A stretch of 64,000 nt of DNA from Candidatus Bathyarchaeota archaeon. GTDB lineage: Archaea > Thermoproteota > Bathyarchaeia > Bathyarchaeales > Bathycorpusculaceae. Numbering within the stretch: position 1 is the stretch's first letter; the number at the start of each line of letters is the position of its first letter. A program made the position numbers and the translations under genes. Positions 42,114 through 52,861 of this stretch are shown here, piece after piece. Under the pieces are notes generated by a model, which did not search any database, had not been told where the DNA came from, and saw only the letters and a list, made by a program, of their open reading frames with translations. Where the stretch lies: contig CAWDYC010000006.1 of NCBI GenBank assembly GCA_963806535.1, positions 125,545-189,544 of the forward strand. Reading direction: 5' to 3'.

Positions 42114-43427
42114 ATGAAAATAGCTATTCTTGGCGGAGGGCTAACAGGAATTGTAGCCGGCTACTTGCTAAACAAAAAAGGCCTGGAATTTGAAGTTCTG
42201 GAAAAAGAGAAACAGCCTGGTGGTTTGGTAAGGACACTCCAAGAAACTGGGTTCACTTTCGACATAGGAGGGTCCCACATAATCTTCTCTAAAAACAGCG
42301 ATGTCCTAGATTTCATGCTTGCGCTACTGGGTGAAAACAAGACAAGGAACATAAGAAATACAAAAGTTCTCTATAATGGCTATTACATAAAATACCCATT
42401 TGAGAATGGCTTGGCAAATCTTCCAAAAGAAGAGACTTTCGAATGCTTGAACACCTTCATTCAATCCCTAATCAGGAAAGAGAAGGGAGAACTTGTTAAA
42501 CCCAATAATTTGAGAGAATGGTTCTATTACACATTTGGAAAAGGAATAGCTGAGAAATACCTAATTCCTTACAATGAGAAAATCTGGAAATACCCAACAG
42601 AAAACATTGGCCTTGATTGGGTAGAAAGGGTTCCAGCTCCACCAGCTGAAGATGTAATAAAATCAGCTCTAGGAATAGAAACCGAAGGTTATACGCATCA
42701 ACAACGCTTCTACTACCCAAAGACGGGAGGTATTGAAGCTTTAATAAAACCTATGGAATCAGAAATAAAAAGAAAAATAACATGCAATTTTGAAGTCAAA
42801 CATTTGAAAAAATCGGGCAGCATTTGGAAGATCACTTCTAAAAGAAATGAAGAAAAATCCTTTGACAAAGTGATCTCTACTATCCCAATACAAAGACTGG
42901 TCGAAGCGGTCGAAGCACCGACTGAAGTTAAGACCGCTTCAGCTCTACTCAATGTTAACTCTTTAATCACGGTTATGCTCGGAATTGACAAAGAAAAAAT
43001 CAATAATTTTTCGTGGCTTTATTTACCTCACATTGGCGTTCTACCTCATAGAGTGAGTTTCCCCTCTAATTACAGTCCTCTGGTAGCACCCCCTGGAAAA
43101 TCTTCAGTGTTAGCTGAAATAACCTGCCAGTTCGGAGATAGAGTGTGGAACATGGCGGAAAACAAATTGATGAATCAAACAATAGAAGATTTGCATAATC
43201 TTAGAATAATAGACAAAGCAAATGTATGTTTTTCGAAGGTTAAGAAATCGGAGTATGCATATGTAATAAATGATTTAAACTATACTCATATGTTACATAT
43301 TGTAAATAAATATTTTAGAAATATTGGAATAGACATTCTTGGGCGATTTGCAGAATTTAAGTACCTAAACATGGATGCTTGTATTGAAAATACAATGAAT
43401 TATGTGAAGACGCTGAATTCATTATAA
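42114..43427 (+). CDS. FAD-dependent oxidoreductase / long-form UDP-galactopyranose-mutase-like protein
   Basis: ILGGGLTG, EK..PGGL, FDIGGSH, PYNEKIW, FYYPKTGG, YAY, GRFAEFKYLNMD; ATG at 42114 after GGAG. Confidence 0.8.
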   Translation: MKIAILGGGLTGIVAGYLLNKKGLEFEVLEKEKQPGGLVRTLQETGFTFDIGGSHIIFSKNSDVLDFMLALLGENKTRNIRNTKVLYNGYYIKYPFENGLANLPKEETFECLNTFIQSLIRKEKGELVKPNNLREWFYYTFGKGIAEKYLIPYNEKIWKYPTENIGLDWVERVPAPPAEDVIKSALGIETEGYTHQQRFYYPKTGGIEALIKPMESEIKRKITCNFEVKHLKKSGSIWKITSKRNEEKSFDKVISTIPIQRLVEAVEAPTEVKTASALLNVNSLITVMLGIDKEKINNFSWLYLPHIGVLPHRVSFPSNYSPLVAPPGKSSVLAEITCQFGDRVWNMAENKLMNQTIEDLHNLRIIDKANVCFSKVKKSEYAYVINDLNYTHMLHIVNKYFRNIGIDILGRFAEFKYLNMDACIENTMNYVKTLNSL

Positions 43428-43542
43428 CATACCAAGTGACTATTGTCAGGTTTTTTGTTCTCGATAAAGTGTTTTCAATTAAAAAACTTGACGAACTACT
43501 TTTCTAATATGTGGGTAAAGATGGACATCTTTTTGCATTTGA

Positions 43543-44655
43543 GTGATTATTATGGAAAGGCCTTTGGTTTCGATTATCATTGTGAACTTTAATGGAAAAC
43601 GCTTTTTGAACGAGTGCCTTTCTACTGTGTTCGGGTCAAAATACCCTAACTTTGAAGTCATCTTTGTTGACAATGCTTCTACCGACAAAAGCTTAGACTT
43701 CGTAATTAAAGAATTTGCAAAGGATAGCCGTCTGAAAGTAATCAGAAATAGTGAGAATCTGGGTTTTGGTCCAGCCAACAATGTTGGTTTTAAACAAGCA
43801 AGAGGGGATTACATAGTTTTTTTGAACAACGACACTTCAGTGGAATCTGAATGGTTAACAACTTTGGTTGACGCATTGGAGAATGATAGAACAATAGGTT
43901 TGGCTTCAAGTCTGGTTCTTAACATGGATGGCCAAACAGTCCAGGCGGCTGGAATTCTGAAGTGCGATGTTTGGATGCGGGCCTGCGCCGGCTGTTGGAT
44001 TGGCCAGGGTAGCATTAGGTCCAAGGATGAATTTCCGAAAGTTTTCGAGATATCATCCGCAATTGGGGCTGTGATGATAGCTAAACGAGAATTCCTCAAG
44101 AAGATAGGTTTATTCGATCCAAAATATTTTTACTACTATGACGATGATTACCTTTCTTTCAAAACTTGGCTAGCAGGTAAGCGCGTTGTTGCAGTCTCAA
44201 GTTCCAAAATACGTCACTTTCTTGGCGGAACCAACAAGGTTGGTTCTAATGGGCATTTTGAATTCCACCATGGAGTAATTGGTAGCGTATCCCTTATTTT
44301 CGATATTTATCATAACTTGTTGGATTTAACCAAGGGGCTTTTCATTTTTTCTGCGCGCACCTATTTTTACGATTTGACGTCGGAGATTGTGCAGTCCCGA
44401 AGAATTACTGGATTTTGGGGAAGCATATCTGGTGCACTTTGGATCCTGAAACACTTCAAGTATATATGGGGAAACCGATTGAAACATTGGAGTAAAGCAG
44501 CCGTAGACGAAAAGACACTAAGGCATAGAATGATTAGGATAAGTATTCCTGCTTCTTATTACCTTGTTCCAAGATTGTGGCGCCTGTATTTTAAAAGTGA
44601 AACTGACAAATATCTAAAGTGCCTAATGTTGCTTCGCCAAAGGGAGTGCCTTTGA
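43543..44655 (+). CDS. Glycosyltransferase family 2
   Basis: VDNASTD, NLGFGPANN, FLNND, YDDD; paralog of 37850-38938. Confidence 0.9.
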   Translation: MIIMERPLVSIIIVNFNGKRFLNECLSTVFGSKYPNFEVIFVDNASTDKSLDFVIKEFAKDSRLKVIRNSENLGFGPANNVGFKQARGDYIVFLNNDTSVESEWLTTLVDALENDRTIGLASSLVLNMDGQTVQAAGILKCDVWMRACAGCWIGQGSIRSKDEFPKVFEISSAIGAVMIAKREFLKKIGLFDPKYFYYYDDDYLSFKTWLAGKRVVAVSSSKIRHFLGGTNKVGSNGHFEFHHGVIGSVSLIFDIYHNLLDLTKGLFIFSARTYFYDLTSEIVQSRRITGFWGSISGALWILKHFKYIWGNRLKHWSKAAVDEKTLRHRMIRISIPASYYLVPRLWRLYFKSETDKYLKCLMLLRQRECL

Positions 44656-44656
44656 C

Positions 44657-45607
44657 TTGGGTCTAACGGTTAAACATCGGTTATCCAAATACTCTCAGAC
44701 TTTTCCGGGCTCTAAAGAGCTCAGTAGGTTTTGGTTTGGCCTCAGAGGCAAAAGAATTTTCTCGCAAGAATTGAATAATCTTGCAGTTAAACGTGTGATT
44801 CCTAATAGATCCGAAAAGTCTGGAAATATCGGCGCTGCTTTCTGTATCGTGCATTTTAACGCCCCTGACTTTCTACTGCTTAACATCAAGCAACTCAACC
44901 TGATTTATCCAAATAACAAAATATACGTCCTAGATAACGGCTCACAAAAACTTTGTCTTGAAGAACTCATCTCTACACTTCGAGAGTTCAAGAACGTTGA
45001 ATTATTCTCTGTTAGCCCTGAAGCTATTTCCGATCACACCCTCGGACTCCAGTTTTTGTTGAATTATTCCGCTTCGAAACAAGATGAGTTTTCAATATTC
45101 TTAGATCAAGATTGTATTCTTTGCCGCAACTTGGATGATCTTTTGCTTAAATTCCAGTCTCAGAAGGACTTGCTTGTAATTGGAGCAAGAGATTCCCGCG
45201 TGCCTAAGATGATTCACCCGTCATTAATGATTGTGCAGCCAAAAAAAATCGTAAAAATTTTTGGGCAAATTGCTTTTTCTCCTCATCCGATGGCTTGGGA
45301 AGAACCAAGGGACAACAAAGGACATTTACATTTTAACGAACGGTATTACAGCATCTCATACAAATTTCGAGGGCACATTCTTTTCCTTGAACCGAAGGAG
45401 GAACAAAGCGAAATCCCGAATTTTACCAGCTATTATTATAAGGATATTATCTATGCATACCATGCGTGGTATAGTTCAAGGACAACCAATTTGTCAGTTC
45501 AAGATTCAATAGACGGAGTGCCAGTTTCTTCGATTCTAAACACAAGAAAAAAGGCATATGAATACATGGAGCAAACTCACAAATATTGCAGTGAGTGCTT
45601 ACCGTAA
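44657..45607 (+). CDS. Putative GT-A-fold glycosyltransferase
   Basis: VLDNGS, FLDQD (DxD-like), HAW. Confidence 0.6.
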   Translation: MGLTVKHRLSKYSQTFPGSKELSRFWFGLRGKRIFSQELNNLAVKRVIPNRSEKSGNIGAAFCIVHFNAPDFLLLNIKQLNLIYPNNKIYVLDNGSQKLCLEELISTLREFKNVELFSVSPEAISDHTLGLQFLLNYSASKQDEFSIFLDQDCILCRNLDDLLLKFQSQKDLLVIGARDSRVPKMIHPSLMIVQPKKIVKIFGQIAFSPHPMAWEEPRDNKGHLHFNERYYSISYKFRGHILFLEPKEEQSEIPNFTSYYYKDIIYAYHAWYSSRTTNLSVQDSIDGVPVSSILNTRKKAYEYMEQTHKYCSECLP

Positions 45608-45930
45608 AGAGTTCGAATTAACGCCTTTGAGAGAATATATTCATTGTTTTTCAGAACAATGCTAAAACTCCTAATAATAATTACAGCCAGATAGAATAGT
45701 TTGTTGAATAATCTTCTTTTCCTGAATGCGGTAATCTTCCGTTAAATCAAGTCTTGCCTTTCGAAACTTCTTGAAAACGTTCAAAATTCCTTTGCAGCGA
45801 AGGATTAACTCTATTATTTGGCTTGACAGTTTCAAAAATCTCGCGATGCCTAAATTAGTCTAATTAATCTAAATCTTATTAAATCCTTTTAACGGAAAGA
45901 AAGATAGAATTTAGTTGGAGGCAGATCTCA

Positions 45931-46653
45931 GTGAAGAAGAGCGCTAGGGAAATTGTCATTAAAACTTATTTAAAGCTGAATATTTTCAAGTATCCGCCTA
46001 TAGGATGGGTGAGATTTGGCGGATTGAGACGATTAGAACCTGTAAGTAGGTATTCAGCCGGTAGAGGCATTGCTGTAACGCGATATTATATTTACGATTT
46101 TCTTGCTTGCCACAGTAATGATATTAAAGGTCATGTTTTGGAGATCGAAGAGAATACATGTACAAAGAAATTTGGCGGAAACAGAGTAACACAAAGTGAT
46201 GTCTTGCACGTTTGGCCAGGAAATCCTAATGCAACAATTGTTGCCGATCTGACCAATTCCTCTTCCGATGCGATTCCTTCAAACTCATTTGATTGCATCA
46301 TTTTTACTCATACACTCCAGTGTATTTATGATGTGAAGAAGGCAATTCGAACATTACATCGGATTCTAAAACCTGGAGGAGTAGTGCTCGTTACAGGTGA
46401 TGGAATCAACAGAATCAGTAGAGGCAATATGGACAAATGGGGCGAATACTGGAAATTTACTTCTCTATCTTTACGTCTCCTTTTCGAGGAAGTATTCGCG
46501 CATGAAAATGTCGAAGTGAAAATATACGGAAATGTGCTTGCTGCGACATGTGTCTTGCATGGAATATCAGCTAGAGAATTAAAATCTAATGAACTTAGTT
46601 ATCGTTCTCAAGATTTTGAAGTGGTCATAGGACTCAGGGCACAGAAAGAATGA
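45931..46653 (+). CDS. SAM-dependent methyltransferase-like protein
   Basis: RYYI..FL, VLEI, SFDCIIFTHTLQ, LHRILKPGG, YWKFT. Confidence 0.8.
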   Translation: MKKSAREIVIKTYLKLNIFKYPPIGWVRFGGLRRLEPVSRYSAGRGIAVTRYYIYDFLACHSNDIKGHVLEIEENTCTKKFGGNRVTQSDVLHVWPGNPNATIVADLTNSSSDAIPSNSFDCIIFTHTLQCIYDVKKAIRTLHRILKPGGVVLVTGDGINRISRGNMDKWGEYWKFTSLSLRLLFEEVFAHENVEVKIYGNVLAATCVLHGISARELKSNELSYRSQDFEVVIGLRAQKE

Positions 46654-46902
46654 ATGTTCCCCTCGGACACCTCAAGAGGTTATCCAAAAATTATTATCGC
46701 AGATTTGTGACCCCTTTTGGAAATCACGTCTGTATAACCTTTAAAACATTCAGATCACGGTGCATTTTGCACGTTAATTGTTTAAATAGATGAAAGAAGT
46801 TGAGCAAAGCATAAAGTGAACTAGCTTGCCTGTTACTATTTGCCTACGAGTTTTTGCCCATAGTAATCTAATAGAAGATTAGACTTGTAAAAGAGCGAAA
46901 AA

Positions 46903-47508
46903 ATGATTAAATCCAAAGAAGACTACAAATTCTATTTGGCAGCCGACAAGCTCGCACTATGTATCGAACATAAACGTCCGCGCATGTTTCAAGACGATAC
47001 CTGGAAATTTGAACGACAATTACGCAAAGTTGAATATTTGGAAAATTGTGGTCATTCTCTAGAAAAAATTGAGGTTCTGCGCGCAAGGTTTAATCTTCAA
47101 AAATTAAGCGTAAAATTGGGTTTTGCTATTCCACGTAACGTGTTTGGCCCTGGGCTGTCAATTGCTCATGGAGGCCCCATAATTGTTCATTCAAAAGCTA
47201 TAATTGGTGAAAACTGCAGGATAGATAGGTGTGTCTCCATTGGAAGTATTCATTATCCAGCTGCTGCGCCAATAATTGGTAATAACGTCTACATTGGGCC
47301 AGGAGCAGTTATAGATGGACCAATTGAAATTGCAGACGGAATAGCCATTGGAGCAAATTCGTACGTTAATAAATCTTTTAAAGAAAGCAATATTACAATT
47401 GCAGGGTGTCCAGCAAAGAAAATATCCGATAAAGGTTCAAGCGCCTGTTGGTTTCGAGCAACCGAGCTTTTGCGGAAAGCTTCGTTGAATTCGCCCACCC
47501 AAAAATGA
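46903..47508 (+). CDS. Hexapeptide-repeat acetyltransferase (CysE/WcaB-like, polysaccharide-associated)
   Basis: VFGPGLSIAH, IGENCRI, APIIGNNVYIGPGA, IGANSYV, IAGCPAK. Confidence 0.85.
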   Translation: MIKSKEDYKFYLAADKLALCIEHKRPRMFQDDTWKFERQLRKVEYLENCGHSLEKIEVLRARFNLQKLSVKLGFAIPRNVFGPGLSIAHGGPIIVHSKAIIGENCRIDRCVSIGSIHYPAAAPIIGNNVYIGPGAVIDGPIEIADGIAIGANSYVNKSFKESNITIAGCPAKKISDKGSSACWFRATELLRKASLNSPTQK

Positions 47509-47684
47509 AAATCCAATCAAAATTGGCCTAATTCTTTGATAAACTTTTTTTTATTAAAGAATGAGTCAAAAACGTTGCCATAAAATCGATGGAAACTCGA
47601 AAAAACCAGGTTAGCAACAGATATTTCTTTGAAAGCTGGCCAATCATTTTGAATTTAAGGCTTTAGTCAGAATCGAAAATTAAG

Positions 47685-48407
47685 GTGAACAAGATGAATA
47701 AGCGTATAACTGAAGTAAGGAATGCTTTGGACTCTTTAACATTAAGCGATGCAGATAGAAATCACATTGCTAGCGAGGGTCTGGACAGATTGGTCGCCGC
47801 AGTACTAACCATGGTCTCGTTAAATGAGAAATCAACTTTGCTTGATGTTGGATGCGGGGATGGAACTGGTTCATATTGTATAGGAAAGATTTTCAACATA
47901 AAAGTGACTGGGTTAGATTTTGACTCAATATTTCTTCAGAGTGCTAGTCGAAAAATAAGCACCGTTGGCTTAAACATAGAAACACAAGATTTTCCCTTCC
48001 CTAATGAATGTTTTAGTAATGTCACTCTTATCGAGGTGATAGAGCATCTTGCAAAACCTGAACACTGTCTCAGTGAAATAGCACGTGTTCTTGCACCTGG
48101 AGGACAATTGACCATAACAACTCCTAACCTTGGATGTCTCTCAAACAGATTATCGATAATCAGGGGGAAAGACCCATTAAAAGTAGTTATTGGCGAACGG
48201 GCATATGACAGACATATAAGACTTTATGCAAAAAACAGTCTTCTAAATTTATTAGCAAACTGGTTCGAAATAACTAAGGTTTCATATTGCAATCCGCATG
48301 AGAGAGAAACATGGAAGGGAGTTTTTCGAGACGGACTTTGCATTTTTGACAATTCGTTAAAAGAAACAATACTAATAAGTTGTAGAAAATCAATCATCAA
48401 ACACTAA
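47685..48407 (+). CDS. Class I SAM-dependent methyltransferase
   Basis: LDVGCGDG, EVIEHL, RVLAPGG, TTPN, HIRLY. Confidence 0.9.
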   Translation: MNKMNKRITEVRNALDSLTLSDADRNHIASEGLDRLVAAVLTMVSLNEKSTLLDVGCGDGTGSYCIGKIFNIKVTGLDFDSIFLQSASRKISTVGLNIETQDFPFPNECFSNVTLIEVIEHLAKPEHCLSEIARVLAPGGQLTITTPNLGCLSNRLSIIRGKDPLKVVIGERAYDRHIRLYAKNSLLNLLANWFEITKVSYCNPHERETWKGVFRDGLCIFDNSLKETILISCRKSIIKH

Positions 48408-48523
48408 ATAATTTAGGAAATTGGCAAAAACAAAAAATTGTATTTTTCTGCTGTAGTCACATCCAAACGTTTCTTTGCTTACCTGAGATAACAAAAAAAG
48501 GGAAAAGTGGTTTTTTCGCAATA

Positions 48524-49936
48524 TCATGGATTGATGAACAGTGTTGGGTTAGCAAACCAAGCATTGGCATTGTAATATGTTTCGCGAACTTCAAACCAAG
48601 GAACAAGACTGTTAATGTGGACAGGATTACATGACTGTGCAGACCCCGCAGCGCCTGTTGTTACATAAGTGAAGTATTGTGTTGGTACGTGGATGTCCCA
48701 GGTTACTTGTGTCCAATCTTGGCCCCACTTAACACGGCACACATCATTCACATTTTCACCATCGCTAGGATGCCCAGCTTGATGTCCTGCACTGTCCAAC
48801 GTTGCTATTCCGTAACCCAAGTTGCTCTGGATATAGAAATCCATTCCAATACTCCCACCTTCACCCCATGTATAAGGCGTACTGAAAGCAGCCGTTTTTA
48901 TCCAGCAGCTAAACACTATATGGTCGCCAGGTTTTACGCTTATCCATGTTCCATCAACTTCCCGTGAGCCTCGAACGTAATCTGGACCCACTTTGATGCT
49001 TGGATACCCATTATGCTGAACTGTAGTGTCAAGCGACGCATACGACGAAGCTGCACCATTCATATCCGCGTAGAAAGCGTTTAGCGGCTCCAAATTGTTC
49101 GGATTTGGTGTTGAGGTAGGAGAGGGCGTGGGAGAAGATGTTGGTTTTGGGGTAGACGTGGGTTTTGGTGTTGATGTGGGCGCTGCCGTTGGAGTGGACG
49201 TGGGTTTTGGAGAAGATGTAGGTGCTGGCGTTGATGTTGGCTTCAGAGTGGGTTGTGGCGTTGTTGTTGGTTTAGGAGTGGATTGTGGTGGTGTTGTTGG
49301 TTTAGGTGATGAAGTCGCTGTTGGTGTAGGTGTTGGAGTCGTTGAGCTATAACCGGTTGCATATATGCTCATTGATCCGCGGTCGTCGGTTCCCCATATG
49401 GGTCCGAATGGATTCGCAAAGCCATTGGCAAAAGAACTGACAGCATTATGGTAACGTTGACCTGTTCCAGTAACCTCCACAATATTCACTTGAACGTTGC
49501 CCATTATAGCTAGTCCGTAAGTTTGACCTGAAGTTATTGTGTATCCGACTGGCAGCTTGAAATCAACCCATGAATAGCTTGTGCCTATACTCATACTGAT
49601 AGATTGTTCAAGCAAAGCACCCGCTGAGTTCCCATTCACTGCATATAAAGCTGTGATAGCATTTCCTGGTGATGCGCCCTCAACGTAAGCCACTATATCT
49701 GTTATTGTTTCAGAAGTTGTGCATTGGAAGTATGAAATAGATTGAGCATTGGGGTCATTACCATCAAAGTTACTGCCTATTGTTGTGTTTCCAAAAGTAA
49801 ATGTAGTTGTTGCGTTGACTGCAATCACTGAGAACATGCCTATAATAAACAGTATGCTTAGGATCAGTGACACTGGTTTTTTCATGCTTCTAAGACTTAT
49901 AGATTTTGGTGTCTTTTTCCATTTGATAGTTTTCAT
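48524..49936 (-). CDS. Secreted protein: N-terminal beta domain + PT linker + CBM-like domain (paralog B)
   Basis: Signal peptide; extra ~150-aa N-domain; C-domain nearly identical to paralog A. Confidence 0.8.
   Translation of the reverse strand: MKTIKWKKTPKSISLRSMKKPVSLILSILFIIGMFSVIAVNATTTFTFGNTTIGSNFDGNDPNAQSISYFQCTTSETITDIVAYVEGASPGNAITALYAVNGNSAGALLEQSISMSIGTSYSWVDFKLPVGYTITSGQTYGLAIMGNVQVNIVEVTGTGQRYHNAVSSFANGFANPFGPIWGTDDRGSMSIYATGYSSTTPTPTPTATSSPKPTTPPQSTPKPTTTPQPTLKPTSTPAPTSSPKPTSTPTAAPTSTPKPTSTPKPTSSPTPSPTSTPNPNNLEPLNAFYADMNGAASSYASLDTTVQHNGYPSIKVGPDYVRGSREVDGTWISVKPGDHIVFSCWIKTAAFSTPYTWGEGGSIGMDFYIQSNLGYGIATLDSAGHQAGHPSDGENVNDVCRVKWGQDWTQVTWDIHVPTQYFTYVTTGAAGSAQSCNPVHINSLVPWFEVRETYYNANAWFANPTLFINP
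48660..49212 (-). repeat. 553-bp inverted repeat, arm 2
   Basis: Reverse complement of 32427-32979. Confidence 0.92.
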
Positions 49937-50210
49937 TTTTCCTCTCTCTCTCTCTTGATTTTAGAACCTAATGGACGCTTGAGTGGTTTTATGGGTTTTT
50001 GCAAAACTGGTTAGACTAACTTGTCAACTTTGAATTAAAATTGCAAGAATCAATTTGACAACTTTGCAAAGTTTGCTTGACGTATAAATCAGATACATCT
50101 GTAAATTAGCTTGATTTAAGAAAGGATCAATTTACAGACTTTTTACCTTAGCTATTTGAAAAAACAAGAAAGCTAATACTTCGCAACCAAATGCCAGCAT
50201 TTCTGGAAAG

Positions 50211-51440
50211 ATGTTAAAACTTATTAAGAAAGATCACTCTCCCGTAAAGATTAAAAATGACTGTTTCAAAAGGTCTTACAAATTGACAAACCATATTCCA
50301 TTGTACAAGCCTCAAAACTCGATCGGAGACGAGGTCCTTGCTTCCATAAGAGAAGTTCTTGAATCTGGCTGGTTAACAATGGGTCCGAAAACGTTAGAGT
50401 TTGAGAAAGTGTTTGCTGACTATATTCGATGCAAACATGGTATTGCAACTAATTCTTGTACTTCAGCACTATACTTAGCTTTAGATGCTTTAAGTATCAA
50501 AAATGGTGCACCCGTTGTAATTCCAGTAAACACTTTTGTTGCTACTGCAAATGCAGCAAGATTGCTTGGCGCTGAGGTAATATTTTGTGATGTTGCGGAG
50601 GACGGAGAAATTGATGTTCAAAAATTAAGAATTATTCTTGAAGGGAATAACAAAGTAAAATGCGTTATTCCAGTTCACTTATACGGTTTCCCTTGCAAGA
50701 TGAACGAGATAATGCGATTAGCTAAAGAATATGACCTAAAAATTGTTGAGGATTGCGCTCAGTCAGTTGGTGCAGAATTTGAAGGTATGAAGGTTGGTAG
50801 TTTCGGCGACGCCAGTTGCTTTAGTTTCTATGCAACAAAAAACATTACAACTGGTGAAGGCGGCATGATGGTTACCAATAAAGAGGAGATAAAAAATAGG
50901 GCTTTGCTCATCAGAAACCATGGTCAAACCAAAAGTCCAAAGCAAAAAGTCGATAATTGGCGTTACGACGTTTCTGATTTGGGTTTTAATTTCAGGATGA
51001 GCGAGGTCCAAGCGGTAATGGGTTTAAAACAAATGGGCAGACTTTCTGCTATTACGGAATCCAGGCGAGAGATTGCGAAGAGGTACCATGAAGAACTAGA
51101 AAGTATCGATGGCATAAAAATGCTTCATGATCCAAACTCAGATTTTTATGCACAAGGAGTTTTCCATCTACTAGAAGTCGAGGTTGAGAAACCATATCCT
51201 TTGAAAAGAGACGCACTATATAGGTTTCTTAAGAAGAAAGGAATAATCACAGGGGTTCATTATCCTCCCGTTCACTTGTTCACCTATTACAAGAAGACAA
51301 CAAAATATAGAAAAGGAGATTTTCCGCAAGCAGAGGCTTTGTATTCAAAGATTCTTTCTCTTCCTATGTTTCCTTGGATGACGGAGCAAGAGTTCCAGAC
51401 GGTAATTTCTACTATAAAAGCAGGCGCTCGCATAAGTTAG
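50211..51440 (+). CDS. DegT/DnrJ/EryC1/StrS PLP-dependent sugar aminotransferase
   Basis: NSCTSAL, TFVATANA, PVHLYG, EDCAQ, SFYATKNITTGEGG, GFNFRMSE, LSLP; likely start TTG near 50283. Confidence 0.93.
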   Translation: MLKLIKKDHSPVKIKNDCFKRSYKLTNHIPLYKPQNSIGDEVLASIREVLESGWLTMGPKTLEFEKVFADYIRCKHGIATNSCTSALYLALDALSIKNGAPVVIPVNTFVATANAARLLGAEVIFCDVAEDGEIDVQKLRIILEGNNKVKCVIPVHLYGFPCKMNEIMRLAKEYDLKIVEDCAQSVGAEFEGMKVGSFGDASCFSFYATKNITTGEGGMMVTNKEEIKNRALLIRNHGQTKSPKQKVDNWRYDVSDLGFNFRMSEVQAVMGLKQMGRLSAITESRREIAKRYHEELESIDGIKMLHDPNSDFYAQGVFHLLEVEVEKPYPLKRDALYRFLKKKGIITGVHYPPVHLFTYYKKTTKYRKGDFPQAEALYSKILSLPMFPWMTEQEFQTVISTIKAGARIS

Positions 51441-51537
51441 TTTTTTAATTTTTAGATCTTGATTATTTGATTATATTTTCGTGCTTTTGTGTTTGGCATA
51501 ATTTTAATGTATGGAGCTACATGTTAAAAACTAAAAG

Positions 51538-52755
51538 TTGTTTGTTGTGCAGCCCAATTGTAAGAGTGATCCGCTGATAATGAAAATTCTTTTTACTGGT
51601 GTGGTACTTCAGCCTTCATGGCCTGGAGGAGAACCAAGCATTGCTCGTTTGTTAGACAAAGTCTTTACCGCTCAAGGCATTCAAGTGACCAAATCGTTTG
51701 TTCCCCGTGATCGTCCACGCAAGTGGAGTCCTCTAAATCCTTGGGTTGCACAATCTGTGTTGAACCAAAAAGTTGTTAGTCTTTATAAGCGCCAGATTGA
51801 AAAGGTTCGACCAGATATAATAATGAATTGGTATGACTTTGATCTATCTGCTTTTTGGGCAGGCGTAGTTTCAGGAATATCAACAATTGCTCAAGCTCAG
51901 ATTCTTTGGCCCGTCTGCACATTAAGCTGCCTTTTTAATGAGATAACAGAGTCGCCTTGTAATGGACCAAGCAAGAGCTGTGGTCTGTGCTTAGTAAAAC
52001 GAGCAAAATATAATCAGGAAATACCATCTTTCATACCATCTGTTGCATGTTTACCCTTTACTCAACTCTCAATGATGAGAATCAATAATATCAGAACAAA
52101 ACTTAGTCGTGCTTCGGCAATAGTTAGCGATAGTCAATTTCTGAAAACTATGATGGCAAAGCTTAACTATGATACTAGCAGGGTCCACGTGATATATAAT
52201 GGGGTTGATTTGAACGCGATCAAACCAATTTACTCGGTAAACAAGCAAAAAACAGTATTATTTCTTTCTAATCAAGTCAATAGGCAGAAAGGTGTTTACC
52301 ATTTTATTCAACTTTCGAAAAACCTTAAGCCAGAATTTCCCGCCGTGCGTTTCCTTTGGGTTGGTCAAACAGATGTGATAGGCAGTACGTTTGAAACCCA
52401 AGGTTACATTCACAATACTCAAGAATTACGAGAAATGTACAAATCTATTTATTTGCTTCTTTTGCCCTCTTTGTGGCCAGAAGCTATGAGTTACTCAGTT
52501 ATACAGGCAATGGCTGCCGGCAAACCAGTAGTTGCATATGATGTAGGGGCAAATAGGGAAGGAATTGTTCACGGAGAAAACGGTTTGTTAGCTGATTGGG
52601 GAAACGTTAACCAACTTTCGTCACATGTGAGGATCCTATTAAATGACGAAAAACTTGCGGAACGAATGGGTAGGAACGCAAGAAAACGCGCCGAAAAAAT
52701 GTTCGGCTTGGACCGAATGATAAACAGGTATAATAAACTTATAAAGGAAATTTAA
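51538..52755 (+). CDS. Glycosyltransferase family 4 with Cys-rich insert
   Basis: IYNGVD, QKG, PSLWPEAMSYSVIQAMAAGKPV; insert C-x3-C-x9-C-x6-C-x2-C. Confidence 0.88.
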   Translation: MFVVQPNCKSDPLIMKILFTGVVLQPSWPGGEPSIARLLDKVFTAQGIQVTKSFVPRDRPRKWSPLNPWVAQSVLNQKVVSLYKRQIEKVRPDIIMNWYDFDLSAFWAGVVSGISTIAQAQILWPVCTLSCLFNEITESPCNGPSKSCGLCLVKRAKYNQEIPSFIPSVACLPFTQLSMMRINNIRTKLSRASAIVSDSQFLKTMMAKLNYDTSRVHVIYNGVDLNAIKPIYSVNKQKTVLFLSNQVNRQKGVYHFIQLSKNLKPEFPAVRFLWVGQTDVIGSTFETQGYIHNTQELREMYKSIYLLLLPSLWPEAMSYSVIQAMAAGKPVVAYDVGANREGIVHGENGLLADWGNVNQLSSHVRILLNDEKLAERMGRNARKRAEKMFGLDRMINRYNKLIKEI

Positions 52756-52861
52756 AGTTTGGTTCAGTGAGCTTGATACTACAAGGTAGCCAAAAAATCG
52801 AAAATCAAGTTAACACGTTTAATAACAAAATCAATAATTGCTCGAGATAAGCAACAAATAA

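Noticed and set aside
42114-43427. Protoporphyrinogen oxidase (hemY)
   Set aside because: No heme genes nearby; motifs and context fit polysaccharide-locus flavoproteins or mutases.
46903-47508. cysE (cysteine biosynthesis)
   Set aside because: Lacks the CysE N-terminal domain and sits in a glycan locus, so a sugar O/N-acetyltransferase is more likely.
32427-49212. Diversity-generating retroelement TR/VR pair
   Set aside because: No reverse transcriptase, only one mismatch, the repeat is much longer than a typical TR, and both copies are coding.
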